Below are positions 1-12,274 of a stretch of DNA of 64,000 nt, piece after piece. The notes below the pieces were generated by a model. The model saw only the letters and a program-made list of their open reading frames with translations. It was not told the DNA's origin and ran no database searches. The DNA lies in the NCBI GenBank assembly GCA_040954595.2, contig CM082576.2, forward strand, positions 9,613,129-9,677,128, given 5' to 3'. Every line of letters begins with the position of its first letter. The first letter of the stretch is position 1. A program made the position numbers and the translations under genes. Source of the DNA: Balanoglossus misakiensis (taxonomy: Eukaryota > Animalia > Hemichordata).

Positions 1-3000
1 GCTTCCGCAATCAAAGCTCCTCTGTGGTTTATACTTTTAGGCCACTTTTCGGGCTGGTGTCACTTCACGGTGGTCTGGTATGATAGATGTGGCCAATAAA
101 AAATTCTCGAGTCTGATATATACATCAGGTGTAAAGGCTCCAGATTATTATTGCTTTATTACGTCCCTTTGGTGGGAAACAAATTCGCCAAACAGACGAT
201 GGAAGAGCTAAGGGGTTGTAGAGCCAAATTTGGAACTTCAAGATTCACCTGTTGACGGATTGTGGCGACATACTTGCCAAATTTACGGATAATTCAGTCG
301 TGTGGGGGCGCTCGTGGCGCAGAATGGAGGTAAACCACCACAATGAAAGTGTCACCGGGGGGGGGGGGGGTCATGAATGGTGGACAATTATCTGGCATAA
401 TCTCAAAGCTAGAACGACCTCCTTTAATGCTGTTCAAGTTAGAGCACGATTTCAGTCAAATTGTTGTTCCATGGTTACAGTGATTGAAAGCTCCAGGAAC
501 TTTCAAAGATTCGCTATTTTACCCAATTTCCTCAAAGCACGACTGGAATACACACAATATGCTGTAAAGGGAGTGGGAATATAAAGTGGAGCATCGCGAC
601 TCGCCTGGATGCATTTGGTTCTACGTCAAGCACACGCCGACAGTTGCGTTCTATCACGCCCTTTTGTAAAGTCCCAAATGATGCAGGGATGACGCGAGAG
701 GAAATTTCAGTGCGAGAGAGTTGTATATATATTTTGTGTCCCTGCGTCATCAGATGTTTGCAATATTTCTGACAGATTAATCGCTTCGACAACTACCGAA
801 AGACAACGACCCCCTGGGTGTGTTTTGGGTGACGCGCGCGCGGACGCCGCTGGATGAGCCGGCTGAGTCGTGTCAACGACCGGGTAGGCCTAGATGGTCG
901 GAAGCAAAGTCTCATGAAATAAAACCGAACTACACAAAAGCGGGTACAACCTAGCACATGTACTGAATTGTACAAACTCATCCGAGTGTGTCACTGTGTA
1001 AAGGTTTGAAATATATGCCGAACGTACCAACGTGATAAATAATACGCGTACAATGACCGCGCACTGAGTATAAAAATATCCTACAAATGTGAGTAATTGT
1101 TACTGTGTTCTCGGCCTGAATTCCTTTTTGTATAGCGATTACCACAGCGGTGTTTTATTCTTGTACTTTACTTTCCATGGTAAAGGATTAAACAAAATTG
1201 TCTTACAGGCCTTTTGTGAGGAGTAATGGTCTCCGGGAAAAGTGCTCTAACTTGACACGCAAACTTTCTCCCTACTTCTCAGCCTCTCTGTCAGTCGATC
1301 TGTCAGTCTGTGTGTCTATCTCTGTCTGTCTGCCTGTCTATCTGTCAACAATAAAACAATATCAAAAAAGTGCCAGGTAGGTTTTTATTCTATTTTCCGG
1401 CGCAAGAGATATAATGAGAAGCACTTTCGCATTGTTTTTGCGAAAACCCGATTGTAAACAATAAACTTTGACGGCATTCCTGGACGCTGTTTAATTTTCG
1501 AGTTTAATACCCCAGAATCATGTTGCCGACGACACGCGCCAATCATTAACCGGGGCATCAAAATGGATCTATTCCAGCTCTTTTATAAATTATTGCAGAC
1601 GGAAGTGACTAATTCGAAATGACTATACTCGCTGCCTATGCCTGGATTTTCTGCAGCGATACACAGCCGGGTTTTAAAAGAATAAGGCTTCCAAACCACG
1701 CGGGTCGGTACGAGCATCTGTGGACATCAAGTAACAACCGTAAATTATATATGATTATCTTCTTTGCATAACATACTTGGAGACGTTCGGCATTTCTCAA
1801 AAGTAGGTCGGCGATGAAGTTTGTAAAGTTATGTACAAAAGTAAATGTATCGATCCGCAAGTCATCGGAAGGGTTGCTTCACGAAGGATTTGGGGACCCA
1901 ATATTTTATCATTTTTAATTTTAACGTTTAATACCTCAGAACCATGCTATTATGCCGAGGCTCAGTCACACGTGGTCGTTTCAGTGCGGGTCGGGGGCAG
2001 AAATTGCACTTACATCTAGAGCAGGCGACCAGAACACTGACGCGACAGGTTAATTGCGAGAAGCGACACATTCCTACAGATGATCAGGGAGGCGCATGAT
2101 AAATCGCCGTCGTTGCTGTCTGGTGTATGTCGTCGCGGACGGCCAGCAATTTTAGACCTTGGTTTATGACGTAGCCCTTTGACAGTTATTTCCATTGCCC
2201 ATCGCCTCGGAATATTGATTTCGTGTAAATAGCAGACACTGTGCCCCCGGTGATCTGGGTCAGCCCCCTTGAGCTCTAACTCGAATGGTGGTCCCCCGAC
2301 TTTTAATCCACGCATACTTCGAGCCTCCTCCCCGGGCCGCTTGTTGCACTTACAACTACCATATTCTTTGATTTTTATGTAAGTTTTATGGTCGGATGCC
2401 TGAAAAAGTAATACGGGGCATATCTGAAATTACGGGTCGCAACTGTAAAGTTGACAGAGGAGATTGCTGGCGTTCTTGGCGTGTCTGAAAACAGCAAGTA
2501 TTTTCGTTTATGTGTAAAGGAAATAAAGATCGGGCCGTGAAGATATTTGCAGATCCAAATGAACCAGACGAATGAGCAAATGTGTTTTTCTTTCAAAAGC
2601 CACTCCAACAGCTGAGGCCAAGATGAAGAAGATGCTTGGTGACCCCTACATGCCCGGATTTCTGGGTCTTGCGGAAACGTGTTAATTCTGGCCAGCGCGG
2701 GACAAGGTTGAGAAAAAGTGCGCGTTTTCAGGACAAACTATGGACAGACTATATACGCGGCGCGATAGCTTTTTTTTTTGTTCCCGACCCGAGCAGGACA
2801 ACTCTATACCGCACAGAACGGGGCCTGCCGCGTCTTCAGCAGACTCTGGTCGGCGCATTATCCCCAACAGGAAATCCAGCTGTTCGGGCGAGTAAATCAA
2901 GGGAATGGTCCGAATAGGAGGCATTTTCCTGAAGCCAGAATTTATGGGCGACTTATGACATAAGAGACCGATCGGAGGACGAGCTTGGCGTGCTTGGACA

Positions 3001-3981
3001 GACGGCGAACACGGCGAGAATTCGCCAGTTGTCGGTGGCGCAGTGACGTTTACTGGTCGACTCCGCGTTGCTGGCATGCCACAGACGCTATACAAGGTAT
3101 TATATACCCATTAACCCCGTGTATCTTATTCATTTAAGGTTATTCGAAACCCCACGGACGGACCATCAGCTGTTAAGGCCACATTGGGAAAGCATTTGCT
3201 GTCTTTTATTTTACTGCGCGTTTGACAAAGCTAATCTTCATTCGCATTCCAGTAGCGCCGGAGATCATCGACGAAGTGGTTCTTATCACAGCAAGAAATT
3301 ATGGCGTTCGCGTTTTTTTTATTATGCCAACTATGAGGAGTTAATTTCTAGAACCGGATTAAATCAGTGTAAAGAATGAAACATACGCACACACGTACGT
3401 ACACGGTCGGAGATGACGATAAAAAAAGAGTGAACAGTTCTGACGGGTTACATACAGTAACTCTCGACCAGCTTCAACACATTCCTGCCGCCTCCGTTCG
3501 GAAATGTTCTCGCAGTCATAGAGACGATGTCAAGCGGACAAACATCATGTAGTCCGAATTGCCAATGAAATGATAATTGAACAATAAATTTGATCTCCAA
3601 TACATTTAACGGTGCCCTTCTCCATAAAGCTGGCGTTTCAATTTAAAAGGGTAATAGCTCGGTCGAAGGTTTCCACTTGGGACGCTGTAACATTCCTTTG
3701 CCTATTTGGAAGGGCCAGGGCATTCCACAGCCAGCGCACCTGGTGTTGTCATTTAACGTCGACAATATGCAACGTTTTCCATGTGGATCTCAAGAACTGC
3801 AGGGAATATCACAGTGCACAGTTTGTGGACTTATCGTTCACGAACCCCAGAACTAAAAGCGATATGTCCCCCCAGTGACTTCCCGCGTTTGTTTATGAAT
3901 CATGCAACGAGGTTGGTGTTGGGAATGACGAAATGAGGAGAAACCTCAATGGCAGGGAAATGCTGATAGTGATTATGGTGA

Positions 3982-4046
3982 ATGATGGCGATGATGGTGA
4001 AGATGATGATGGTGAAGATGATGATGGTGATGGCGATGATGGTGAA

Positions 4047-4141
<95 letters not shown>
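3982..4141. repeat. (GAT)n trinucleotide microsatellite, imperfect 5' part then about 38 perfect units
   Basis: Directly visible; it produces the poly-D, poly-M and poly-I ORFs. Confidence 0.97.
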
Positions 4142-4142
<1 letters not shown>

Positions 4143-5198
4143 AATCACACCAAAAGTTAAGTGAAAGAAATCCTTCATGACCGTGTTGGTAAGGAGTTTA
4201 TGCTCCGAATAATGTTTACCTGCATGGTAAGCATAATCGTTATTGTTCAATTCGGCACTACGCGCGTGTCAATCTGTATTGTAAACGATCAACGTCTCCA
4301 TCTCATCTTAGTTTAATTCGAGACCTCAGGCCTCATTTTCACCTCGAGTGCGATTCACCAAGTTATCGACTGCCCACCAAGTCGTAAAGGCGGGGAGAAA
4401 TGTCGCGCATTTAACCGAAAACGGCCTACGCATTATTTTTGCCACCGAAGCGTGTTTCATAAAACGATCGTAAGCCGAAATGTCGCTAGAGATTGATTAT
4501 TATGGCCTGGTAAATGCGGCCTTTTCCTGCAAAGAATGCAGTGTCAAGTACTCAGAGCGAAACCCACACCCGCATGTGAGAGTGTCAAAGATGCGCCTAT
4601 CTCGAGTGATTCGACCGCGCGTTCAATTTTTTAAGTCTCCCCTCGCATATTCGTCAAAAGTCGGACAAAAGCTTGACTGGCGAGAGTACGATACTTGAAC
4701 CGTATGTCATAACACAAATCATTTATTCTTCTTTCAAAGTATATCGTTGTTTACATCTCAATCGTCGAATTGAAGCAGAGGCACGTGATATACTAGTAGT
4801 TTGCATATATAATATATAAAAAAGTATCTTATTGATGTTACATCACTCGAAATATCCTGAAAGTAAATGAGGTTTGAATTGACAATTTTTAAATATGGTT
4901 TGCTTTAGAAAAGTTAAACTTCAACAAATATGGAGCAATGTCATAAACACGACAGTGGAAATCGCGAACAAACTCTCCCCATCTGTCTATATGTGAGTGA
5001 CCACGTGATGTTTCGGCAATTATCGTGTTCTGTTGATCCGCCGCAGCTCTGACCGATGACGACAGGCGCAAGGAATCACGGGCGCGTGAATCTACGTAAG
5101 CAAAACGCACTCTGCGTATTGTTTCTCGCCCAATGATATTCACCCGTGGAGAGATGCGGTGTTTTGATTATGCTGTGCAACACGAAATCCATCTGTCG

Positions 5199-5218
5199 GT
5201 GTGTGTGTGTGTGTGTGT
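5199..5218. repeat. (GT)n microsatellite
   Basis: Directly visible. Confidence 0.9.
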
Positions 5219-6203
5219 ACACGGCGAAATGCCGGGGACAGTTCCAGCGGGCTGCTTCGGAGGAATGCTCACTTGCAGAGCCGCAGGAAGCCAGAAGCTG
5301 TTGCCAGGCAACCCGCATAGTTGCCATGCGTCACATAGCTACAAGATGAAACGCGACACACGGAATGTGAACCATGCTGTTGTGAAGACGACGGCTGAAT
5401 TCAGCAAATTTCATAAAAAAAATTGATAACGTGAAATTTGATAGCCACAGTGGAGACAATATGCGACGTGCACTTAGTCAGGGAATTTCAGCGCATTGAA
5501 TCAAACGGTGTCAACCCGCCACGCTCCCCTCTCCTCCTCCTCCCCCTTTCCTAGGACAAGGACAAGGGACGTATAAAGACTTCCTCATCGGTATAAATAG
5601 GGGGCAAAGTAACTTCGCACCTGTTATTTGAATGTCTAGTTCCAGCCAACACGTAGCCCACCATAACAGTCGCCCTTCAGCCATTCCCCCCCTCCCGGGT
5701 TCTGTGTTTTTAGAAAAGCTGAACATGCAAACTCCGTGTGCGCCGAATGTCATTTCTGACTCAGTGACCCGAGCGACTGCGATGCTTAGTCAACCTTTGC
5801 CTTGCTACTGGGGATCGCGGGACAGCGTCTGTCATCGACCAGCCGAGCGACGCGTTGCAAACAGGTATTATTGCGTCGCCATGGCAAACCACTCGCGCTT
5901 CATCTAATAATACATCTATTCGCATCCTGTTGCTTTCCATCCAGTTCTCAGAGCGCCTTCGCCATGGCAACGGGATTCACTTATCGTCCACGTTGATGAC
6001 GTTGCTACGTCTCTCTTGCACACATTGTGTACTATGAAATGTCATGTGCCCGGCATTTTAAAACGTGTCTCCTAAAACCTGGTGTTGTCGCCATGTGCAG
6101 GTTTGTTGACAAATTGTGTGGATTCTTTCTGCTTATTGAATCTCTGATATTCGTCTCCACACACAAAGTACAAATATACATGTGTTGCGATAACATAGTA
6201 CTT

Positions 6204-6497
6204 ATACATACATACATACATACATACATACATACATACATACATACATACATACATACATACATACATACATACATACATACATACATACATACATACA
6301 TACATACATACATACATACATACATACATACATACATACATACATACATACATACATACATACATACATACATACATACATACATACATACATACATACA
6401 TACATACATACATACATACATACATACATACATACATACATACATACATACATACATACATACATACATACATACATACATACATACATACATACAT
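6204..6497. repeat. (ATAC)n tetranucleotide microsatellite, about 73 perfect units
   Basis: Directly visible; it produces the YIHT/MYVC ORFs. Confidence 0.98.
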
Positions 6498-9400
6498 TAC
6501 TTTCTTTTAGACTTTATCGTCGGGAAAAGTTCTTTCATACAGTGGACATACCATACAGTTGCAAAATAACTCAAGCTTTCAAAGGTTGTATAGCAACTAA
6601 AACAGCTGGACACATCCTCACACCATTTTGATTTGGATGTTTTAGCTTAATTACAATATTGGGATCGTGACAGCAGTCGCCATCAGACAAAACTTCATCG
6701 TTTTCCACCATGTGGCAACGCTCACAAGTCCCAGGGTTCAGCTGTTGAGGATCGCCTACGTCATGCGCGAATGAGTTGGTGAAAAAGAGATATGACAGTG
6801 TTTTGAAACAAACAACGCCTCTTCATCACGATTCATCCGACCAGAATCAAACAACATCCTCAGCGGACGTCCTCATCTTGTCTCAGTCTTCACCGTACCG
6901 CGCGCCCACTTTCTCTCCCAAACCCAAGTAAACCCGACTACAACTGCTTTTGTCGCCGGTCTGTCCACCAACCTGTCCCCATGAATGTCCCAAGTCGTGT
7001 CTTGTCACTCTGTTTTTTACCCCCTGTCGCAACAAGAACTCGAAAGTAACCCATCAAAAAATCCGACAACATGCACTGGTTTATTGGCAAGCGTAAACGA
7101 TCACCCGTCAGCTCTGAGTTGACGCCTAAATGATCATTCTACCAGCGGTGAGGTTCTGTCGACAGCGCACGTCACAAGAGTGATTTATCTTCAGAAATGG
7201 TATTTCCATTACTGGGCACTTGGTGAAGTAAAAAAAAGAGATCCAGGCATGACCGCGATGAGAGACGATTCTTATTGAAAATTGCGCAAAAGGAGATTAT
7301 TTGGTTCTGTGGTGACCATGGCCACGAATCTCCGCCAAATTAACCCCCGTTCGCCTTTCTTAAAGGTCTTTTTTTTTATCCCTGTGTGATGTTTCTTCAT
7401 TTGAAAAGAAGGTTGGGGACAAGCCCCGCTTGTGATGATACCGTCAGCCCAGAGTCGTTAAAATGTGGATGTTTTGTACAACATCGCCATTTGCAAGCAG
7501 GATATTATATTTGCTCAATGACACCAGTTGCTGACAATCGCTCTGTTGACACGCGAGGTCAAATGTTACGCCACCGTGCCCTCCGCCGCTGTTTCCCCCT
7601 CCGCGAGAACACGAGACAGGAAAATTGCTTCCAGACCGCTGCGTCTATTTTGACGCTGCTCGCGTGTGCCAAAAGAGAAATATTTTGTTTTAGGACGTTC
7701 CGGTTGGTTATTTTGTGCGTTACCGGCTCCTGTAAAACCTCTCGACACGGACTTGCATGTTCGAGTGTTATAACAGTGAGGGCAGACATTTAACCACACA
7801 GAAAACGCCCCCATTGAACCGTGGTTAATTTACATATGTGGGTTGCCATGGCAGAGAATATCCGAGTGGTTGGCACGCATCTGTTGCTGTTCGGCGAAAT
7901 AGCCATTAAATGCAGCCAAAGACAAAGGCAAACAACGCGATTCTTTGAGAACTGTATGTTTCTTAGACACTCCAATAGGAGGTCTCCAATGACGACGTCG
8001 CGGCTTACGGCTTTGTTCGCAAGGTTTGCCCAAAATAAAGGGCTGCCGGGATATTGACAAAAACAGAGAGAGGGAGAGAGTTTACAGAAATATTTGTCTT
8101 TGTCAAGTCAAGCTAACTTTCTCAAAGGGTAACCGAGATCAAGCCTTTTTCAATGGCTATGATTTTTATGGTCACGCGTCGGCAAACAGGAGTGCAATTG
8201 GCACCGCATCGGAGAAATAAGTGGGGGGAGAGGCAGCGTCCGTGCGCAACGAAAATGGCGAATACGATATAAAACAAGGTGGCAAAAGACAAAAGCGGCT
8301 GCGAAGACGAGTTGTTCACTTTCTGAACACGTCTTGAGTGGAATGGATACTTGCTATTTCATTACAAAACCAACGTGATCATCCTTAGCCTATTGATTGG
8401 GCATTCTTTGCCGGGTCTACGAGCACAACCTGGTAACCCAAAACGAATGCTTGTGGGGACCTCATTGTCTGCCATAGCGTCCATACGTGTCTTTTTGTCT
8501 AATGAATGTCACCCGGGTTATTGTGGAAAAATAACATCTTGTAGCGCCTCTACTTTGGGCGCGAACTTAACAGTTTCTGGCGAAACTCTCGCCGCCCCTG
8601 GGCCATCTTTTAAGCGCCTACCCAAGCGTACAGGCTCGGATGCGTAAGGAAAATCGGCGAAACATGAATCATTAGAGAACGCCAAAAGGTGCGGGTTTTT
8701 GTAAAACGACCCACTCGTTTGTAAAAAAAAAAAAACACCCAGTGAGATAGAAAGACGAACAGACAGGTACTATACAATTGGTGTATATCATTTTTATGTG
8801 TTTCAAACTTTTATTGACAGCTATTGGAGTTCTATCGATGAAAAAACGTGAACTCACTTGTACATCAAAATCAACATAATTCAACACCACGCATACGTAG
8901 TCTGAATCGCCAAAGGGCGCCAGGAGAAACACACGGTGGAAATGTATACAAACATCAGTTTTTTATATAAATTTATAGAAAAAAACGCAAACTGTCTCAA
9001 CTACATGTAAAGACGAGATTCTTTTAAAAAATGTAAATCACAAGAGAAATATGATGGGTAACCAGTTTTCACTGCGTTACCCTTAGTCACACGAAGCAAA
9101 CAGCAAAGTTTTCACCAAGAAAAAAACCAACGAGGTTACCTACAACATACTTTCAGTACCATTGCGAAGTAAACCAGTTTTGGCAATTAAAAGACGCCGA
9201 GTACAAACTGTCCATTTGGTCTCCGGACTGCTCGACGGTGAGATTCTCGCAAGAATTCACCAAGGGTCAGTCAAGAATCCCTATAAGAGTGAATGGCTTC
9301 TGGCATCGCCGGGACCAAAATATTTTTGAAAACTGTTTATACCAAGTTGAAAGCTATGACACAGTGTTTTCGTAAACCCCTGACGTATGCAATCGATCGG

Positions 9401-9653
9401 GAAAGTACCAAGTGCATGATGATATAGCGTCGTGTCGACATGGCCGCCGGCTATCGGCCGACGAACTACGGAAATCCTGGCCTTGCAAACGATTTCACGG
9501 GGCACACAAAACAACGGACCCAACAAAAAATGTTGCAGTTGTTCATATACAACACCTCCATTCGATTGTTGTCCTTCGGGATGGAGGTCACGACGGGTTT
9601 GTTTTGCACTTCGGTGTCGCTCCCCCGATGCTTGAACGACTTTGATCGTGCAA

Positions 9654-10919
9654 TTACATGTGGATGGGGTGGAAACGCTGTGGGTAACTTGTTATGCTCT
9701 TGGTTGGAATGGGCTTAAAGATACGGGGCGTAGTCACGGAATTTATGGAGTCGTGTAACGCTGTGGCAGGTGGCAGTGTTAGGTTGAGCGGAGGTGGCAG
9801 AGTGGCCGCATTGCTCGCCGTCGACGTTGGTATCATGGACGTCGAGTAGAGACTCGGCCGAGGGTACAGGTTGACGGCCTCGTAGAACAGCGGGGTACAT
9901 CCGATCTGGTGCGTCGCCGACGGCGGGCCGGCCGTCGACGCCGTGTGGTGGTGCGAGTGGTGAGTGTGGCAACTGCACTGGTTACTACAACCGTTGCTAC
10001 CACTGCTACCGTTGCTGCTGCTGCTGGCGGCTGCAGCACGGTACAGAGCCGCCAGGTGGCTCGGGGTATAGTCTCCGAACGCGGCGAACGGGTAGTGGTG
10101 GAAGTGGTAATCGCCGTGGTGGTGGTGTCCGCCGTCCGCCAGTGGAATTGATGGGAAAATAAACGCACCTTTATCGTTATCTTGTTCCCGCACTTGAGGG
10201 TGGACAATCGCACTTATCGAATGTTTGATTTCCGACTGTTTGCCACCCGACGATGGAGTGTCTGTGATTGTCTTGTGAATATTCATCGAGATCGAACCTT
10301 TACCTGGCTCCTGCCAGAAAGATGCCGGAAGGCGACGCTTCCGCAGGGGCACGGGGTTATTACCCCCTCCCTTTTTGTCACTCTTTTTATTCTCGTCAAC
10401 TTCGTCCTTTTGGTAACCGCTCTCACTCTCCTTCCGATACTCGCTTCGGTACTCGCCCGAACTTCCGAGAGACATGTCCGTGTTGTAGCTGAATTCGGAG
10501 GCGCTGTCGCTGCCTTCCGACGTCAGGCTGGAGATGCTGGCCGACCGTTTCTTCAGGCACCGTATCGGCTCCACCCGACCGCCGGCGTGGACAACGGCGC
10601 GCGTGTACTCGGCGGCCCGTTCGCGGTCGGTCGGCGAAAAACGTTTCAGCTGCTTCTGCAGGTACTTTCGGTGGTCGACCGACTTCTTGCACGGGGCCGA
10701 CTTGTCGAGGGCGGCTTTGATGTCACAAGATGCAAGGTTCACGAAGTTCAGCAGCGTCTTCACATCACCTTCAGACGTCGGTTGGGTCTGGGCCATTCTA
10801 TCCGTCGAGCGGCCGGACTGGGAGCTCTCCTGCGAGTTGTCCGCCCCGCAGTTGTGTTCCGACTGTGGTCGCGAACTCGCCTCTGGTTCCCCACTGGAAT
10901 GCTGTTCGGCTTGTGTCAT
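9654..10919 (-). CDS. FAM181: FAM181 family protein (TEAD-interacting), single coding exon, ~421 aa from ATG at 10919
   Basis: The ORF contains the FAM181 N-terminal signature LLNFVNLASCDIKAALDKSAPCKKSVDHRKYLQKQLKRFS and the YAP-like TEAD-binding omega-loop motif VPLRKRRLPASFWQEPG (~10303-10353). The ORF track starts at a TTG (10976); the first in-frame ATG is at 10919. A minus-strand AATAAA lies at ~8809-8814. Confidence 0.93.
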   Translation of the reverse strand: MTQAEQHSSGEPEASSRPQSEHNCGADNSQESSQSGRSTDRMAQTQPTSEGDVKTLLNFVNLASCDIKAALDKSAPCKKSVDHRKYLQKQLKRFSPTDRERAAEYTRAVVHAGGRVEPIRCLKKRSASISSLTSEGSDSASEFSYNTDMSLGSSGEYRSEYRKESESGYQKDEVDENKKSDKKGGGNNPVPLRKRRLPASFWQEPGKGSISMNIHKTITDTPSSGGKQSEIKHSISAIVHPQVREQDNDKGAFIFPSIPLADGGHHHHGDYHFHHYPFAAFGDYTPSHLAALYRAAAASSSSNGSSGSNGCSNQCSCHTHHSHHHTASTAGPPSATHQIGCTPLFYEAVNLYPRPSLYSTSMIPTSTASNAATLPPPLNLTLPPATALHDSINSVTTPRIFKPIPTKSITSYPQRFHPIHM

Positions 10920-11421
10920 ATTTGTTGGCGCAAGAAGTAGACACAGGAGGAGACTTCGGTCCGATGTCTCTACCAATCCAGTTCGGACTAATTGACGCTC
11001 GCCTGAAACTCTTCTCTATGATTGGCGACAAGTAATACCGGAGGACTATCGGGTTGCAGGCACACACATAACAGCTGCAAAGACCAGTGGCAGGCAACTT
11101 CTCAATTTTCAAACGTTTACTGCAAGCTATTAGGGGTCGATAATGCAGGCCTCTACTTGACGTGATTCCGTCAGCCTATTGAGAAGCCCGCTTTCCCTGA
11201 CACACATTCCCCGGTAAATGTTATTGTAGTAATTGTTATTAAACTATGAACTTTACCAGCGGGATCGGTTGTATCGTGCGCCGCGTGTACATTATCAACC
11301 CCGGCGCGTTAATTGCGGCCACGCAACTGTGTTTCGCCTCTGTAAATGCCCAGCAGATTGCGTTCGGCTGACAGCGAAATAGGGGCTTTCCTCGGAAACA
11401 GCACGACGTTATGTATCTTAC

Positions 11422-11481
11422 CACTTTGACAACTGTCTCCGGTGCACGCGCGTCTCTCTCAGGCCGAACAGAGCCTTATAT
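11422..11481 (-). promoter_or_regulatory. Putative FAM181 core promoter and short non-coding first exon
   Basis: On the minus strand: ATATAAG (11475-11481), a strong donor G|GTAAGA at 11422/11421, and a plausible acceptor (CCCCTAATAG|) near 11127 upstream of the ATG. An ETS-like CAGGAAGT (~11512-11519) and an X-box (11651) lie just upstream. Confidence 0.4.
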
Positions 11482-11650
11482 CCGCCGAGAGGATGTGTTC
11501 TTTGCCAAGTGACTTCCTGTATTGCCGGGCCAACGCAATCCACGGTAAAACCCTCCAAAAATCTCAATAACCTCTGACGTCTGTCATTCATGCCAGGCCA
11601 ACCAAATTTGTCCGCCGTTTTTGTATGGCATTTTATACAAGGACATTGCC

Positions 11651-11664
11651 GTTGCCTAGGCGAC
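11651..11664. promoter_or_regulatory. RFX X-box (GTTGCCTAGGCGAC) just upstream of the putative FAM181 promoter
   Basis: Near-perfect match to the palindromic X-box consensus GTNRCC(N0-3)RGYAAC; function is inferred. Confidence 0.5.
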
Positions 11665-12249
11665 CATTGTCTGCTTATATTGTGAAATTAACTGTAGGAT
11701 CAATAGTTACCATAATCTCTCAAATTGATATTTCATTTTGAAAAATTTACAGTGGGTTGGGTGGAAATATGCCAATTGTCACAATTTTTTCGATATATAT
11801 CTGGGGGATGCCATAAAAGCGTATCTCATCGGTCCCAATTTAAACACCACGATATTACTTTCCGTTGGTTTCATTGACTCAATCACCGCCCTTCCGCGGA
11901 TGTTTACATGAGGCATTTCCTGCGAGATCGCTATGTTACTCTTTCTTTGCTCTGTATTTTTTTCCCCTCCCGAGTAAGTATTTGCTCAGCTATTACCGTT
12001 TTTCGCCAGTCGTGACGTATACGTTCTTCCCCCGTCAAGCTAACTTGCCCCAGCCCTTTTTTTGTGTGCGTAATCGACACCCAGAAAAAAAGTTTGTGTT
12101 GGCGCTCCTGGCGTTTAGAGTGAGAGTAACCGTAAGGGATGTTCAACTGGTGGTGAAGTGGCCCATTCAACCATCCCCCCCCCCGCCCCTTTTCCTCACC
12201 GCGGCCCGTGGGGCGCCAGGGAAAAAGTCCGGGAAAGAGAGAAGGGGGC

Positions 12250-12274
12250 AGAGAGAGAGAGAGAGAGAGAGAGA
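12250..12274. repeat. (AG)n microsatellite
   Basis: Directly visible. Confidence 0.9.

Noticed and set aside
3900-4250. Poly-Asp, poly-Met and poly-Ile ORFs
   Set aside because: Translations of the (GAT)n microsatellite; no splice or homology support.
6027-6569. YIHT/MYVC repeat ORFs; regular repeat superficially array-like
   Set aside because: A pure (ATAC)n microsatellite with no spacers; neither CRISPR nor protein-coding.
10182-10995. 252-aa and 153-aa plus-strand ORFs
   Set aside because: Antisense shadows of the GC-rich FAM181 coding exon.
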